Source: Lama guanicoe
Taxonomy: Eukaryota
Direction: 5' to 3'
Length of the DNA: 64,000 bases
Assembly: GCA_013239625.1 (NCBI GenBank)
Contig: MU053934.1
Coordinates: 9,631,352-9,695,351 of the forward strand
Shown: in pieces, positions 26,533 to 40,420 of the stretch
Layout of the letters: each line of letters starts with the position of its first letter
How positions within the stretch are numbered: position 1 is the first letter of the stretch
Program-made: the position numbers and the translations under genes
The notes under the pieces: generated by a model
The model's input: only the letters and a program-made list of their open reading frames with translations
Database searches by the model: none
Told to the model about the DNA's origin: nothing

Positions 26533-29497
26533 TGTCCTGCCCGTGAACACAGAAGAGGAAGTCGTGCAGGGTTTCTGCCGGCGACAGCACGACGCGTGAG
26601 CGGTGGCGGCGGTGCGACTGTGCACACGCGGCCACACTTTAGCCTTACACGACGGGAGTCTGGGCTCCGGGTAACCGAGTCCTGTTCCACGTCTCTGTCT
26701 TCTTTTAACCAGTACTTCTGAGCGCGTGCAAAGTATTGAAATGCCGATGGTAGGCGGCTGACAGTCCGGACTTGGAAAATTAAGAAGAGTGATGTTCAGC
26801 GGTCCGATTTTAACACACCTGATGTTAGTTAATCATCACAGGTTTCTTTACATCATGTTCGTAATTTGCCGTCACGTTAGCCTCAGAACTTGCACTCTGT
26901 CTTCCCTTTTCGCCACCTTTTGACTGTCGTGCTCCTTTCTAATTTGGAAAACTAATCAGCACTTTCTAACTTTCATAATCCTGTGAGTCTAGGTGCATCC
27001 AAAGGTTAGGCGTTTTAGAAGCAGCCAAGTATTTATTTGGAAGACTTCGATTATGTTCCCTGAATTTGAAGAAAGGCAACATGCTGGGCTTTTTTCACCA
27101 TAGGATTTAGGATTCCGAGAATTCTCTGATAAGCTGTGCGCAGGCGGGGTGGCTTTGTTTCAGTGTGCTGCTTTCCTGCTTAGGGCTGATACGTGGAGAA
27201 GTCTATCCCCAGGTTTGTGTAGAAGGTCCCGGAAGCCGGTCTCAGGCCCCTCTGGACTTGGTTCTTTGCCGTGTGAAGCTAGCGTCTGTGGTTGGCAGGG
27301 ACGAGACAGACTGAACGTAGGTCAGCTTCCCATTCCTCTCACCTCGATTCCCCCTCAAATCTGAACCAGCCCAGTCAGGCTTTTGGGGGCCATGGGCGTG
27401 TCTTCAGGGGCAAACTGACAAATGATTTGTAAATGTTGCTCTGGGCCCCCTGCCCCCATCAAGGCAGCTCTGTGGTCTTTTTCTATGTTGCTTTTGAAAT
27501 ATGCAGCTTTATTATTTTTTTTTAAACACTTGCTGGTGGTAGCTGCTTCGTGGAGAGAAGATGTGGCAGATGTGAGTTCATGGCGTGGCTCGGGGGGTGG
27601 GCAGGGGTCTTATCCGGAGAATGGTGCCGGGTGGAGGGGTGGGGTGAATCTCAGGATTCCTGACAGGCTGGTGGTTTCACAGAGACGGAGAGTTGTCTCC
27701 TCTTCCAACTACGTGCGGAAGGGGCTTGGCCCAGTATCTAAAATAGTTGTTTCAGCCTTAAAGAGCAGCTCCTCAGCCTCGGTCCAGTTACGAAAGCAGT
27801 GTTGTTTATGGGTGTGTCTCAGAACACCTGGACCTGGAAAGCCTCTCTGTCCGCCGCAGCAGACGAACTGTCCCGTCAGAGGGCTTGCAGCAGGGCCTCC
27901 CCCAGAGCCAGACGGGCTGAGCCTGCAGGCTCCGCTGACTCTGCAAGGTCCCTGGGCGCCTCCTGGACTGACAGCACTTACGGCCTGGTTGTACCTTAGC
28001 TCCCTCCCCCTTTATCTTTGAGGAATTCGGTTCTGTAAGGTCATTGTTACTATTTGCTGTTGAAGAGTGACTAGGATGGAATTTGGTTAAGTTCCCAAGA
28101 TCAGCATCACTACAAGCGGAACTGTGAGACCTCAACTAGAAAAAAGCAAAGGTTACAATCAGGATGTCCTTTTGACATAACACATGTAGCGATGTTTTTT
28201 ATCTTCATTTTTTAAGATATATCCAATCAAAGGATCTGTTGGAAGCAAACAAAGGCATTTCCTCTTTAGAATGACACCAATCACGGGTCTCCCTAAGTCA
28301 GAAGGGCTTTGAGTCACGTGGTGCATCCATTTCCTGTTCTCTCCTAAAGTGCGACCTCCCCGGGCTGGGAGCCTGGCGGGCTGTGGCTTGCTGCAGGTCT
28401 CCGGTCGCGGACTGGATTCTGGGGCCAGGCGTGTGTCGCCTCTCGCTCTGGTGTCCAGGGACAGATCCACTCAAATGGACGCGACTTCGGAAAGTGAACC
28501 TTGAGACGCAGGCTTTCAGAAAAGCTGTCCATCCTGTTTAGATCCTCGTGAAGCCTACGTAAAACAGCTCCCAGTTTATACTGGCCGCAGGAGCAAGCCG
28601 ACGGGGGCCCAGGCGCTGCATCGGCCGCGTCAGTGAGCCTCGGCCTCTCCTGGGGCCCAGCCAGAGTACCCGCCGCACCCCTGGGGAAGCCACAGAGGAG
28701 GCCACAAGCGACCTCAGTGTGAAAGTCACTTGACCTTGTTCCCTTGTTAATAAGAAGAAATTCGTTTTGAACGACGGTGTCACTGATTGCCACTCGGAAT
28801 ATTTTGGGCCACCTAATCCAAGATTTCTCAGAGCACTGATAGTCAAATATGAACGAGTTATTCACCAGGCCATACACGGTAGTACTTCCAATAGGAACTT
28901 TAAGGGGTACACGGACTGCTGGCTGGGCTTCAGTGGACATCGTCAGCATCAGCGACAACGGAAGCCTTGCAGCAGGTTCCAGGTGCTTCAACCATGAGTG
29001 TGGAGCCCGCTGCCCCGGTGCTGGACACAGGACGTGGGGGCCCCCTTTGCACCACCCTGAGCCCACCTTCAAGTCGCTGTTTAAACCTGATTCTTCATGT
29101 CCTCGCCTGTCATAGCACAGAGGGCTGAACTCCCCAGAGACCACAGGTTACGGGCAGCCTCTGTCTCCAGTGCTGACGGGAAAGAGGGATGAGGGGCTCG
29201 CGGCGCCCCTCCTCTGCCTCCTGGGCATTTCCAGTTGGAGCCCCCCACACTGAGTTCTGCACCGGCCACCCCACGAGAGGCCAGAGGGCTGCACATGCAG
29301 GGAGTTGTTTTGGTGACATCCGGTATTGTCAGAAACCGGGTCCCCTCCAGCCGTCAGTGGGTGCGGGATTTGGGAGCAGCTTGAATTTTGCCGGAGCTTG
29401 GGAGCCCCTCCTTCCTTCCCGCCTTGTCTCCGGGTTCCCTGTGACCTTCCTACAGCTCTCTGGTGCAATGAGTTTAAAGCATCTTCCCAAAGAGGAT

Positions 29498-29635
29498 GGG
29501 GGAGGAGGGTCTAGCTCAGAGGTAGAGCGTGTGCTCACCACACACGAGGTCTTGGGTTCAATCCCCAGGACCTCCATTAAGACTAACTAACTCAATAAAC
29601 CTAATTACCTCCCCTCCCGAAAAAAAAAAAAAAAA
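29498..29635 (+). mobile_element. SINE (vic-1-like) inside the PPARA 3'UTR
   Basis: Family motifs and A tail. Confidence 0.88.
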
Positions 29636-32600
29636 GATACACGCACACAAATAATACCTGTGAACGGAGGCGAAGGGATCTCCATGCATTCATGCCTATG
29701 AGAGCTGTCCCTCTTAAAGGGCCTCCTCCCTTTCCTCCTATAAGCATAGCACGCAGCTTTCCGCTGGAGCGATGTGTTTCTTTCTGCAGTAAAACTACAG
29801 AAGCAGGTGGCCTCGAGGACCGTGCGGAGGTTCCAGCCCCAGGGCAGCATCCTAAGATCCGAGCAGAAGCTCAAGGCACAAGTAAGATCCTTTGTTTGAC
29901 ATATGATGATAAGTAAACCATTAATTCAGCAGCTCCTGCTTCCCCAAGCCTGCAGCGGGACAGCCACCTCAGGAGAGCTGTCAGAGGCACTGTTAAAATC
30001 AAGGTGCATACAAATGCGGGGGCTTTCTGGTGCGCCTCTAGTCTGACCTGAGCTGAGGGCTCAGGCTGTATGCTCACTGCCGCTGTGTGCGCTGAGACAC
30101 GAAAGTTTACAGGACTCTTCAGGGGAACTTCTGTTGTTTGAAGGGAGCCTTACAGACACACACGTGCAGAAGTCGCTGCGCGTGAGCGGTACCCGGGTTT
30201 AGGAGAAACGGCAGTGGTCCCGGCTTGCGGTGACCTGCCCTCCGAGGCCTCCCGCCTCCAGCTGTGCCTGCTGGCCATGCGTAAGCCTGTTTGTTCATGG
30301 AGAGATCCTGGCAGGTGAGGATGGAGAGAGATGCCTTCGTGCAAGCCTCCATCAGGCCATGGCTTTCCAAAGCCTCTCCGCCCCACAGTTGCACCTGCGC
30401 CTGGCTCCGGGCGTTTCCAGCCTCTGGCTCCCGTTTCAAACCACTGGGATGCCGGGCACGTTTGGTAACTATGACCAGATACACGATGGAGAGGTTGTGT
30501 GTGTGTGTGTTGACCCAATGACCACATCTGTCTCTGGAATGTCTTTAAAACTCCTGTTTAAATATGAATCCATTGTTTCAACCAGCAAGTCCAGTGCTCC
30601 CAGCTAAGACTGACTTGACCACCAGCTTGGCCTTTTGTGGGGGCTTCCAGGGACCCAGGGAGAGCCCGGCACCCTCATAGTACCTCTTCGACCCGTGTTG
30701 CCTTTCAAAACACAGATCCCGCAAGGAAAACATGTCAGGTGCTCCCAGCTACCCACCTAGGCTGTCAACGCAGGTTCCTGCTGTCTCCTCCAGGTCTCCG
30801 CCCCATGATGGAAACACCTGGGCTCGGATGAAGGTTCTCCTGGCGGTGCAGGTTTGGCCCCAGGTCTAGCGCATTTCCACCACCTCCGGGTTCCTGCGGG
30901 TTAGCCTGGGCCACCTGGAGGGGTTACTTGCTCTTAAATTCACAACAGTGGTGTCAACTCAGGAGAGGTCAGGAAATTATACCGTCCATAGAAGTCACAA
31001 GATAAGGTCGATGCCATCAACTGAGGGCTTACGGATTGTTATAAAGTGTCCGGGGAGGACCTTCTCCACACTCACCGTTTGTACGGCACTGGGAGGCGGG
31101 CGCTGGCCTTTTCCAAAGCCAGGTTATCTGTATTTGTTCATCTTCAAAGTGGCCCCGCTTCTCTTAAATCTTGGTCCAAGCTGACTTATGGGCTCCCCTG
31201 GGATTAAGGATTCTTACCAACCAAGTCTGCATCAAGCGGTCAGCTAAGGGGAATCTTGCCTTCCTGACAGCAGTGACCTTCAGATGGCACAGCCTGCCTA
31301 CAGCAGGAGGGCCCCGCGGACCGCTCAGCGGGGCCGTGACGGTAACCAGGCTGCCCGAACGGTGCTGACCGCGCCTCCTTACCTGGGCTCTTTCCGCCTT
31401 ACCCCGGTAAGGACTGTCCCCACAGCAAGATCTCCTCTGGGGACCTTCTGCCCGGACAGATCTAAGACTCGGCTCCAAAGGTGAAGTCTGTCTGCTTTTA
31501 GGTGCCGTTTTAATACAATTCAGGGACGTGGCCATCGACCCTCAGCCTGTGAAACACACTAGAATGAGAATAAAGGCCAGAAATCGGTCTGACTCAGAAC
31601 ACAGGAGACCCCTCTGTTTCCCTGGAAACTACAATACAAGCTAAAATGTGATCTTGGAAGTTTTGTTAAGACAAAAGGGAAAAAAGACAGTTGAGTCTTC
31701 ACGCTTCCATTTCAAACGTTAAGTAGTGCTTTCTGTTCGGCTGTTTTCCTGGGACACGGCAGGTCCTCGAGCTGCAGAGGGGGCCGCTGTGGGCGCCACC
31801 TGGTCACTGGAGCAGAAAGTGAGAGGTGCCGCCCCGGCTGACTTCCAGCAGCCTCTTCCCAGCTTAAGGCATCAGGACTCCTAGGTCGAGTGGGGCTGTC
31901 AGCAGACCATCTGCTTCTCAGAATCTCCGTCCGAGACAAGAGAAGTCTCCCTGTTTACTTCCACCCCTCTGAGGAAAGGGGGCCACTGTGGCCCAGCTGG
32001 GATCCATGCAGCCACGTCCTCCGGGACTCCTTTGCCTAATAGCACAGACCAAACTGCATCCACTTCACGGTCACATCCTGACTGAGGCAACTGACAACAG
32101 CAAGGACCTCAGTGCCCCCGTGGTTGTTCAATGCATTATTTGCAAAAAAAAAAAAAATCAATTTTTTAACATCACAAACAGCAAATTAAGACCTGGGTCA
32201 GGTTTGTAAATTTAAAATGTGTTTGCTAGTTTGGGTCACATATGAAGCCTTCCATGTTTTCCCCAGAGGAGGTGACACACCGGCCTCCTACCCCCTGCCC
32301 TCCCCCGGCACCCAGCACCTAAAGTCTGTTCTGTAATGAACAGTCCAGAACCACGCCAGCCGGTGCACGGACGAGCGCCCCATCACCCCTGCCTCCTGGG
32401 ACGAGCGGGGAGCTGCGGGGCCATGGGCATGTGGGCCACCAAGTCCCCAGACCCTGAAGACAAGTGATTTCAAGGTAAAATCATTCACTTTGGGGAAATG
32501 TCTTTTCATTTTAAAGGCACAGATGGCCTGGTCCTTTTTTCAGGCCTAAAAAAGAATGTACCTCACATAAGATGGATACCACTCAGAACCCTTTTTGGTA

Positions 32601-33780
32601 AGATCACGGTATTCGAATTTGAGTATCACTATTTTTTCTACACTGTATGGTAAAAAGAACTATGTTAATGGCTATATCTTAAATACTGTGATTTTTTTTA
32701 AATCCTAATATAAATATTTTACTAACTTACAATCATGCATCTAATAGCAGACACTTGGATTCCCCTGAAATCAGTGTTAGTTGACATGCACTCTTAGCAG
32801 CCCAGCTCCTGGACCTGTGGAAACAGAGGAAGCTGAACTACCACAGCTGAAACACAGCTGCGCACACACACGCACACACGCTCGGCAGGGCTCCTCCTCT
32901 CGGAGCCCTTGTGTGTGAAGTCTGCGCGCTTCACATACAAGACGACAAGCACGTGTCTCTCTGCCATTCCCACCAGCAAGGCTGCCTCAGGCCGGGTTAG
33001 CAGTCAGTGACCCTGCACAGCAGGGTCTCGCCCAAGGCCGTGAACTATTCCTATGTAGTGAGTAGCTGTCTGCTCTTCAGGGAATTACCTCCTGTGGGAT
33101 TTTACCAAAGAACTTTGCAATTTGAAATACTCTGCTGGGTCCCTGGCAGCCCCCAGATGGCCCAACCCAGAGCATAAAGCAGAAGCCACAGACCCTCGTG
33201 AGTCCCCCATACGTTGTTTTCTGTATCTTGGCAAATTTCTTCTTGATATCTGTCTGTACTGCCCACCGGGACCTGTGGGGCTCATGCCGAAACTCGAGGG
33301 GGGAGCCTTGCCAGACACAGGGCAGGACAGCGCAGGCTTCCAAAGCCAGGACTGAGCCTGGTTTCTTGGTGTGTTCATCGTCACTGTTCTCGGGTGCCTT
33401 ATACTCTCAAAGTACTTAGGGGCTGACAGACCCTTTGTATTTTATACTAAACAGGAGAATTCCAAAGCAGATCTTCCCTGGGCATGATGGCAGGGCACCC
33501 AGGGCGGCAGGAAGCCGCGTGTGTGGAGAGGAGCAAATGGGATCTTGTAGTCACTTTATGGTTAGCGGTTCCAGGCAATTAGAAAATGGCTATAAAATAA
33601 CTTTGATTTTTTAAAAATCTTGGGTGTTACCCAGTTTCCCTTTACGAGATTGAACTGATCACACATATTGATTTATATCCTGAATTTATGGGAACTTATG
33701 TGTTTGGAATGTCCTACTGTAAGACTGATGAATGTAAAGAGTTAATTTCAGGGTACAGTTTTGCCTTAATGGTTTTAAAA

Positions 33781-33786
33781 AATAAA
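33781..33786 (+). terminator. Putative distal PPARA polyadenylation signal
   Basis: AATAAA in AT-rich context with T/GT-rich sequence downstream. Confidence 0.7.
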
Positions 33787-34006
33787 CTATTTTTAAAAAT
33801 TATTTGGTGAGTTTTGAGTGATGCTGTGAGAATGAAACGTTGGTTTGAAAAAGCCAGCCCCAGCTGCAGTGCCCACCCAGAACCCAGAACCGTCCACCAA
33901 CTGCACGCCGGAGGTGGGCTCGACCTACACCAAGTCCTCAGGTGACAGGATGGGCCTGGGGCCCCGGGACAGAAAACCCAGCGCAGACATCAGTCGGTAA
34001 AGGCTC

Positions 34007-34012
34007 TTTATT
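34007..34012 (-). terminator. Putative CDPF1 polyadenylation signal
   Basis: TTTATT on + (AATAAA on -), ~410 nt past the CDPF1 stop. Confidence 0.7.
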
Positions 34013-34421
34013 CATGCTTTCATCAAACATGCTTCTAAACCCCCATCCCCAGGCTGTGTAAGCTGGCCCTGCACAAATTACAGAATAAGACAGAGCGGGT
34101 CCTACCCCCTGAGAACCAGCAGGCAGAAGGCAAGGCCACAGCCAGTATCACCGGTGGCTCAGGTGGGGGCTGTGAGGGCAGCGGTGCGGGGGGAGGGGCG
34201 CCCGTGGCCTCAGCACCCCTAGCTCGGGAGCATGGGCGTCTGAGGCTGCCTCTTGGGCGCCTTCTCTGCGTGGCTTCCGGCTCTGCTGCTGCTGCAGGGG
34301 GACCCCAGCTCCCCTGGGCTGCAGACACTGCTCTCGCGGGTCCAGAAACAAGGCGGGCCACAGGCCAGATGGCCCGGGAGCCCCATGCAGGGCACTGCTG
34401 TGGACCCGACACCAACCAGAC

Positions 34422-34568
34422 TCATGTCCGAGACCCCAGCTGGCTGGCAGGCCTCTTTGATGGAACTTTCCTTTTCTCCAAGTCTTGCTGGATTTCCTGA
34501 GGGAAAGCATCGATGTTCTCCTGGACACAAGGGAGGCAAAATCTCTTGGAGTAGAATAAACTGCACTC
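34422..34568 (-). CDS. CDPF1: Cysteine-rich DPF motif protein 1, last coding exon
   Basis: ECSLFYSKRFCLPCVQENIDAFPQEIQQDLEKRKVPSKRPASQLGSRT*; TTCAG acceptor; 147 nt. Confidence 0.95.
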   Translation of the reverse strand, partial: ECSLFYSKRFCLPCVQENIDAFPQEIQQDLEKRKVPSKRPASQLGSRT

Positions 34569-36686
34569 CTGAAAGAAGAGGGGGAGGGGGGAGGCTGAGT
34601 ACCTTGCAGAGCACTGAGGCATCTCCCAGGGGCCAGACCTTGCACACAGGCAGGGCAGGGGCACTGGGCCAGGCCCCTAGGACACACGGGCAGCTGAGGG
34701 GAGGTGGGGACAGTGCAGCCAGGGCCAGAGCAGCAGGAAGGAGAGCTGGGCCCAGGGGTCTGGCCGCCACCTGGAGTAGGGTCTCCACCCAAGAGAATAT
34801 GACGGAGGACTGCAGGAGGCGGGGTCAGAGCCTGCAGGCAGTGGGTATCTAAGGGTTCTTGACAGGTGGGACTCATTCAGCGAGACTGGTGGCGAATGCA
34901 CGCAGGAGAGATGCAGCGCAGGCCTGGCTTAACCAGGGCGGGAAGGACTCCGGGACTGCCGGCTCCATCTCGGGGTGAGGGTGAGAAGCTGTAGCCCGGG
35001 CCACACTTAAATGGTTGGAAATCCTAGACCCCTCCCTCTCCCAGTCACCATGGCAGTGGAACAGAAGCTTGGTGACCACGCTGCTGGAGGCAGCAGGGTA
35101 CAGGAGGGACAGCCTCACAGACCAAAAGACCCGAGACAGTTGACTGGCTGGTCCAGACAGGAGGCCAGAATTGCCCAAACATGTCTCTAATCGACCCTGG
35201 CGCTCCTGACACTAAACTGATTTTCATCCCGCACAGGGTGCCACTGGCCCCTCTGCAACTGGGCATGGCCACATGGCCAAGTCTGCGCAGCGGCTGTCAT
35301 CGGCAGCTGTGTGCCCCCTCCGGACTGTGCCCTTTGAAGGAAATTGGTGGGTGCTCTCCTGTCCCTTCCCACCGTTGGGGATGCAGATACCATGGTGGGA
35401 GTGGCAGCTGCCTCCGTGGGACCACAGACACTGTGTGGAGGTGGCTGCTGTGCCCTGCCAGCCAGCACCACTGTGATGGGGTCTCCCGTAGAAGAAAAGT
35501 GCACAAGACAGTCTAGTCTACCCAGTGTCTGGGGGCCTCTCTGCTCCAGTGGCGTGGGTGCACCTCAACCAGGACAAGGCTGCCCGCCCTGCAGCTGGGG
35601 GAGGAGATGGCTCCCGTGGGCACTCACTGGCCAACAGCTGGCCAGTTACTCAGACTGTGGAGATTCCTGGTACCGTGAGGGGCCCTTTCCCCACTGCTCA
35701 CCAAGTACAGCCCAAATTCCCAGGGGTGGTGTTCCAGGATCTCCCCCACCCCCCACACCACCCCCCTGTTCCCAGTCTTAACTTCCCAGCTGCTTCTCTT
35801 CCTAGTCAGGCCTTGGCCATGCCAGTAGCCCCACCCCCTCACATGGCCCCAAAATAGTTTTTCCTCCAGGCCTTTGCCTGAGCTGAGGCTTCCTCCCACC
35901 TCACCAAACTGCACCACCTTGACCTCTGATGGATGGAGGCTGACCGTTTAAACATGCTCTGGGACACAGCCGTTTGCACTTGACCCCCAGGCAGAGCTCA
36001 GGGACCTCTCAGACTGTGGGATCCCTCGGGTCACAGGGGCCACATGCCTGCACCTCCATCCATCCTTGGGTTTTCAAACAAGAGGCTCAGCTCTCCCAGT
36101 ACACCGGGCCAACTCAGCCTCTCCAAATATCAGTTTCTTCACCTGTAAAATGGGTGTAATACTGCTCTGCCTAACTAGGCGTGGGATGGGACTAAAGGAC
36201 GCCTCACTGGTGAAAAGGTCCCAAACACAGGACCTGGCACACAACAAATTCTCAAGAAAGCATGACTCATTCCTCTGGAAGGCCCTCCAAGAACAATCCA
36301 TTGAGGGCAGGTGCACACGGCCATCTGGACAGTTGGTGGGAGGGGAAAGAACTATTAGGGGCCTCAGGGGCTGGTGCAGAGCCTCCAAGAATCTCTTACT
36401 CCTCAACCCCGGATGAGACCCTCCAGCTGCCCCGCTCGCCTGGCCCTACCCCTCCGCTGGCCGCAGCGGCCTATCCACAATGAGACAGACCAGCCAGCGC
36501 CTGAGAGACCCCTGACTCCCCTGCCAAGTGACGGTGATGGCTCCCAGGATTACCAAGACCAGGAAAGGCTGGCACTCCTCTGTCCCCGGGAAAGGCTCCC
36601 CTGTCACCTCTCCCACGATCACACATGTGAGGTCCCGGCCACAGGGAGGGCGGGAAGGCGGTCCCAGCTGCTCCTGGCTTACTCAC

Positions 36687-36798
36687 CGGGCCCACACACA
36701 CCAGCCTGCCGCACAAACTGCATCTGGAGCCGAGGATCAGGAATCTGCCCTTGTCCGCGGTGAAGGGGTCCCTCATGACGTAGCTCTCCTCCAGGAGG
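36687..36798 (-). CDS. CDPF1: CDPF1 coding exon 2 (DPF motif)
   Basis: LLEESYVMRDPFTADKGRFLILGSRCSLCGRLVCVGP; CAG/GTGAGT boundaries; 112 nt. Confidence 0.95.
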
Positions 36799-37772
36799 CT
36801 GCAGGGCAGGGAGTGGTGCCAGGGTCAGAACAGCCCAAACGGCTGCTGATGGACCTCCCAGGGCCTGCATGCTGTGCCAGCCCATCGACGGAACGGGCTG
36901 GCCCCGCTGTGCCACCAAGTAGCAACAGAGAGGCAAGCCAGAGGGCCAGGCAGGGACTGAAATGAGACCTGCCCCAGGCTCTGTGACAACTGCAGGGAGA
37001 GAACCACTCCTCCTTGGCCAGAAGAAAGGCTGCTGCAACTCAGTCCCCTGCCCCCAGCCTGACTCACCAGGGGCCTCCACCCAAGCTTTCCACCTCACCC
37101 CCAGGATGATGCCCACTCGCAAACTGTCTGCTTCCATGCAGGGAGAACAGGGCACCTTACACTGGGTACGGTGCTGGCCTTAGCGCACATCAGAAAGGAG
37201 ACCAACAGGCCCCTCGCCAGCAGAGGAACCCCAGCCGGAGGAAAGAAGCCTGGCCCGGCCACTTGTCCCATGTAAGTGACGTGCTGGTCAGTTCCCTGAG
37301 ATGCAGGTCAGGAATCAAGCCCCGGGACCCACTGGCTCTACTCCAGGCCTTCTCTGGGGAGACGCATGGGAGATGCATGGGAAGTTGGTCCTCAGGACTC
37401 ACTCCCATTAGTACAGGAGCCGCAAGGCAGATGGCTTCCTGCCGAGAAAGCAACTTCACGGGAACCAGCAGGAAAGGCAACTAGGCCTGGGGCCCCCGGT
37501 GAGGGGCCTCCACAGCTTCCTGTGTCCCCACAGTGCTTCCACCTCGCAGCCAGAGCACGCGTCAGACACTGGGCTGAGCAGGGAGGTAGGGACTGGGAGG
37601 TTCTGGGAGAACTGGATGGCCCTCAAACCTTGTCCTGTGCCTTCCCAGGTCACATCTGAAGCATCCAGAGCCTGGTGGGGTGGGACCGAAGCACAGTTCC
37701 CAAGCCCTGTGTCAGACTCAAGCCAGCCAGCCCTGGGCAGGCTCCCCGGGCCACTGGGACCCCATTACTCAC

Positions 37773-37885
37773 ACGACAGACCAGGTGTCAGGGGGCTGCT
37801 GCCCCATGTAGCTGTATGGAGCTGTTAAGGCGCACAGCTGGCACTCAAACACACCCAGGGGTCGGCGCTCTGCCTCCAATGCCAT
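37773..37885 (-). CDS. CDPF1: CDPF1 coding exon 1
   Basis: Manual translation MALEAERRPLGVFECQLCALTAPYSYMGQQPPDTWSV(V); ATG directly follows a TGCAG acceptor; GTGAGT donor; exons sum to 123 aa. Absent from the ORF track. Confidence 0.93.
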
Positions 37886-38029
37886 CTGCAAGATCCAGAG
37901 ACAAGGACGTCACCTTCAGAAGCAACAACGACCCACATCTCAAAGCCCCGCTGCATGCTTCTTACCTATAGGTAAGGGCACCTTACAGACAAGGAACCTC
38001 AAGTTCAGAGTGAGTACGAGGCCTGCTCA

Positions 38030-39435
38030 AGGTCACATGTTATTTTCAAGTGCACGTGAGATATTCACTAAGACAGACTATATGCTGGGCCATAAAATGA
38101 ACCTCAAACGTGGGGGCTGGGTATAGCTCAGAGGGAGAGTGTGTGCTTAGCATGCACAAGGTCTTGGGTTCAATCCCCAGTACCTCCATTAAAAAAATAA
38201 ATAGGTAAAAAATAAATAAACCTAATTATCTCCCCCAAAAAACAAACTTTTTTAATTTTTAAAAAATGAGCCTCAAACTTTAAAAGCCTGAAATCCTAAA
38301 GTACGTTCTTCAACCCCAAAATAATTAAATTAAAATCAGTAACAAAAAGATACCTGGAAAATCCCCAAACGTTTGGAAATTAAATGATATACTTCTAAAT
38401 AAACCATAATCAAAAGAAGAAATCACAAGAGAAATTAGAAAATATTCTGAACTAAATGAAAACTAAAATACAAAGTATTAACATACAGAAAATGTAGCTT
38501 AAGTGGTGTTTACAGGGAATTCACTGCTTTAAATATTTAAATTGGAGAAGTTTTAAAATAAACCATCTAAGTTTCTACTATAAGAAGCTAGAAAAAGGCA
38601 AATTAAGCTTAACATAAACAGAAAGAAAAAAATAAAGAACAGAAATCAAAGAAACAGAAAATGGACAAAGAATAGGGGAAAAAAATCAATAAAACCAAAG
38701 CTGGTTATTTCAAAACTTCTGCAAAGTTGATAACCTCTAATTAGCCTGAGTAAGAAAAACGGGAAGAAGACACAAACGACCACAGTGAGGAATGAAATAG
38801 GGGACATCACTAAGACTGCAGACATTAAAAGGATAATAAGGGAATGTTATGAACTTTCTACCAAATAAATTTGACAATTCAAATGAAATGGACATATTTC
38901 TCAAAAAAAAAAACACCAATGCTCAAAAGTGACTGGAAAAGAAACAGACAACCTGAATAGCCCTATGTCTATTAAGAAAGTTGAATTCATAATTTTAAAT
39001 TTTCCTTTAAAATAAAACAATACACCAGCCAAATTTCATGCCCAGACAGGCATTTAAGGAAGAATTAATATCAACCTATAGAAACTGTTTCAGAACATAA
39101 AGGAACACTTCCCAAGAGGTTTTGAGACCAGCATTACATGGACACCAAAACTGCCAGAATTACCCTGATACCACTAATCAGAGGGAACCTACAGACCAAT
39201 ATCCCTCACAAACAAAAGTCTTTAGCAAAATATTAGCAAACTGCATTCAATGAGACAAAAGAAGCCTAGAGCATCACGATGGACTGGATTCAACCCAGGA
39301 GTGCAATGTTGGCTTCAAACCAGTGAATGCAATTCACGATGGCCAGAGAATGAAGGAAGGAAGCCCATACCATCATGTCAACAGATGCACGAAAAGGGCA
39401 ACAAAATTCAGCAGGATTTTACAAAGCGGTGCTTC
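38030..39435 (+). mobile_element. Old L1 ORF2 fragment in CDPF1 intron 1, carrying a SINE at ~38111-38265
   Basis: A-rich L1 motifs, e.g. AACCTGAATAGCCCTAT and AACCTACAGACCAATATCCCT. Confidence 0.8.
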
Positions 39436-39853
39436 AAAGCTAAGGGGCTTCCCACCTGACTACAGAATACACTTCCTTCCTGGGCACTGGAGGCCTCTTT
39501 AATCTGGGAATTATCTTCTCCCAATCGCTCCGCCATCCACCCCGCTCCATCCAAGCAGGCTGCAGTTAAGTGGTTCATTACTACCCTTCAGACGTTCCAG
39601 GTTCCCTGCACTTTCCCGCCGCCTGGCCTTTGCTCCCAATGTTTCTTCCACTCGGAGGGCCTTCCCGGACATCTCCACCTACGGGACTTCCCTCTGGCTG
39701 CCTCGCACATTTTCTGTTCCTCAGTTTGGCTTTCAGCAGTTCGAATGTATATCTTCTCCCTCCCCCCTCGCCTTAACCTATTTATCCTGGTTGTGCGGCT
39801 TTAAGCAGTTTGATCTGTGGTGTGCCATTTTTTTTACTATTTTGGAAAATTCA

Positions 39854-39915
39854 CTTGGAATATTTCTTCTGCCCCATTCTTGCTCTTGGAATATTTCTTC
39901 TGCCCCATTCTTGGT
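39854..39915. repeat. 31-bp tandem duplication
   Basis: CTTGGAATATTTCTTCTGCCCCATTCTTG twice. Confidence 0.85.
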
Positions 39916-40374
39916 CTCTCTTTTCCCGCGGAGATTCCAACTGCAAACCCGTTAAACTTGGGTACTATCCGCGATTCTTGGACCCCCGTTCTGGCTTTGT
40001 TTTTTCACTCTTCCCTCTCTCTCTGTTTCAGTCCGGGTAACTTCCACCGGCCTGGCCTCAGGTGCATCGGTTCCTCCCCCCCGGTGTGTCAGATCGGCCG
40101 CCCTGCCCTCGGAAGGCTCGCGTCTCCGCAGTGCTCTTTACTCCCAGCGCCTCCGCTGGGCCTCCCTCCCCATTAGCGCAGCGCGCCGCGGCAGGGAGGG
40201 CCGCGACGAGCCCGACTCGGTCCCGCCGCCCCCTTCCGCGTCCTCCTTCCCGCCCCGACGCCGCGGGCAGCTGCCCGGAAGCCCGCAGGCCGGGCCGGGC
40301 GAGCGGGAGGCGCCGGGAGGGACCCGGGCCAGGCCGCGCACGTCCCAGACAAGCCGCCAGGCCGCGCCACTTAC

Positions 40375-40420
40375 CTCTGCCGCCGTCGCCCGGCCCAAAG
40401 CGCGTGCGCGGCCACGCCCC
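40375..40420 (-). other. CDPF1: Probable non-coding exon 1 of CDPF1 (5' end uncertain)
   Basis: Consensus donor GAG|GTAAGT on - at 40375/40374 inside a CpG island; the ATG exon starts at an acceptor so an upstream exon is required. Confidence 0.65.

Larger units (their letters stand above)
26533..33805 (+). other. PPARA: PPARA long 3'UTR (3' end approximate)
   Basis: Follows the stop; no further PPARA coding sequence; ends at AATAAA 33781-33786. A long 3'UTR is known for mammalian PPARA. Confidence 0.7.
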
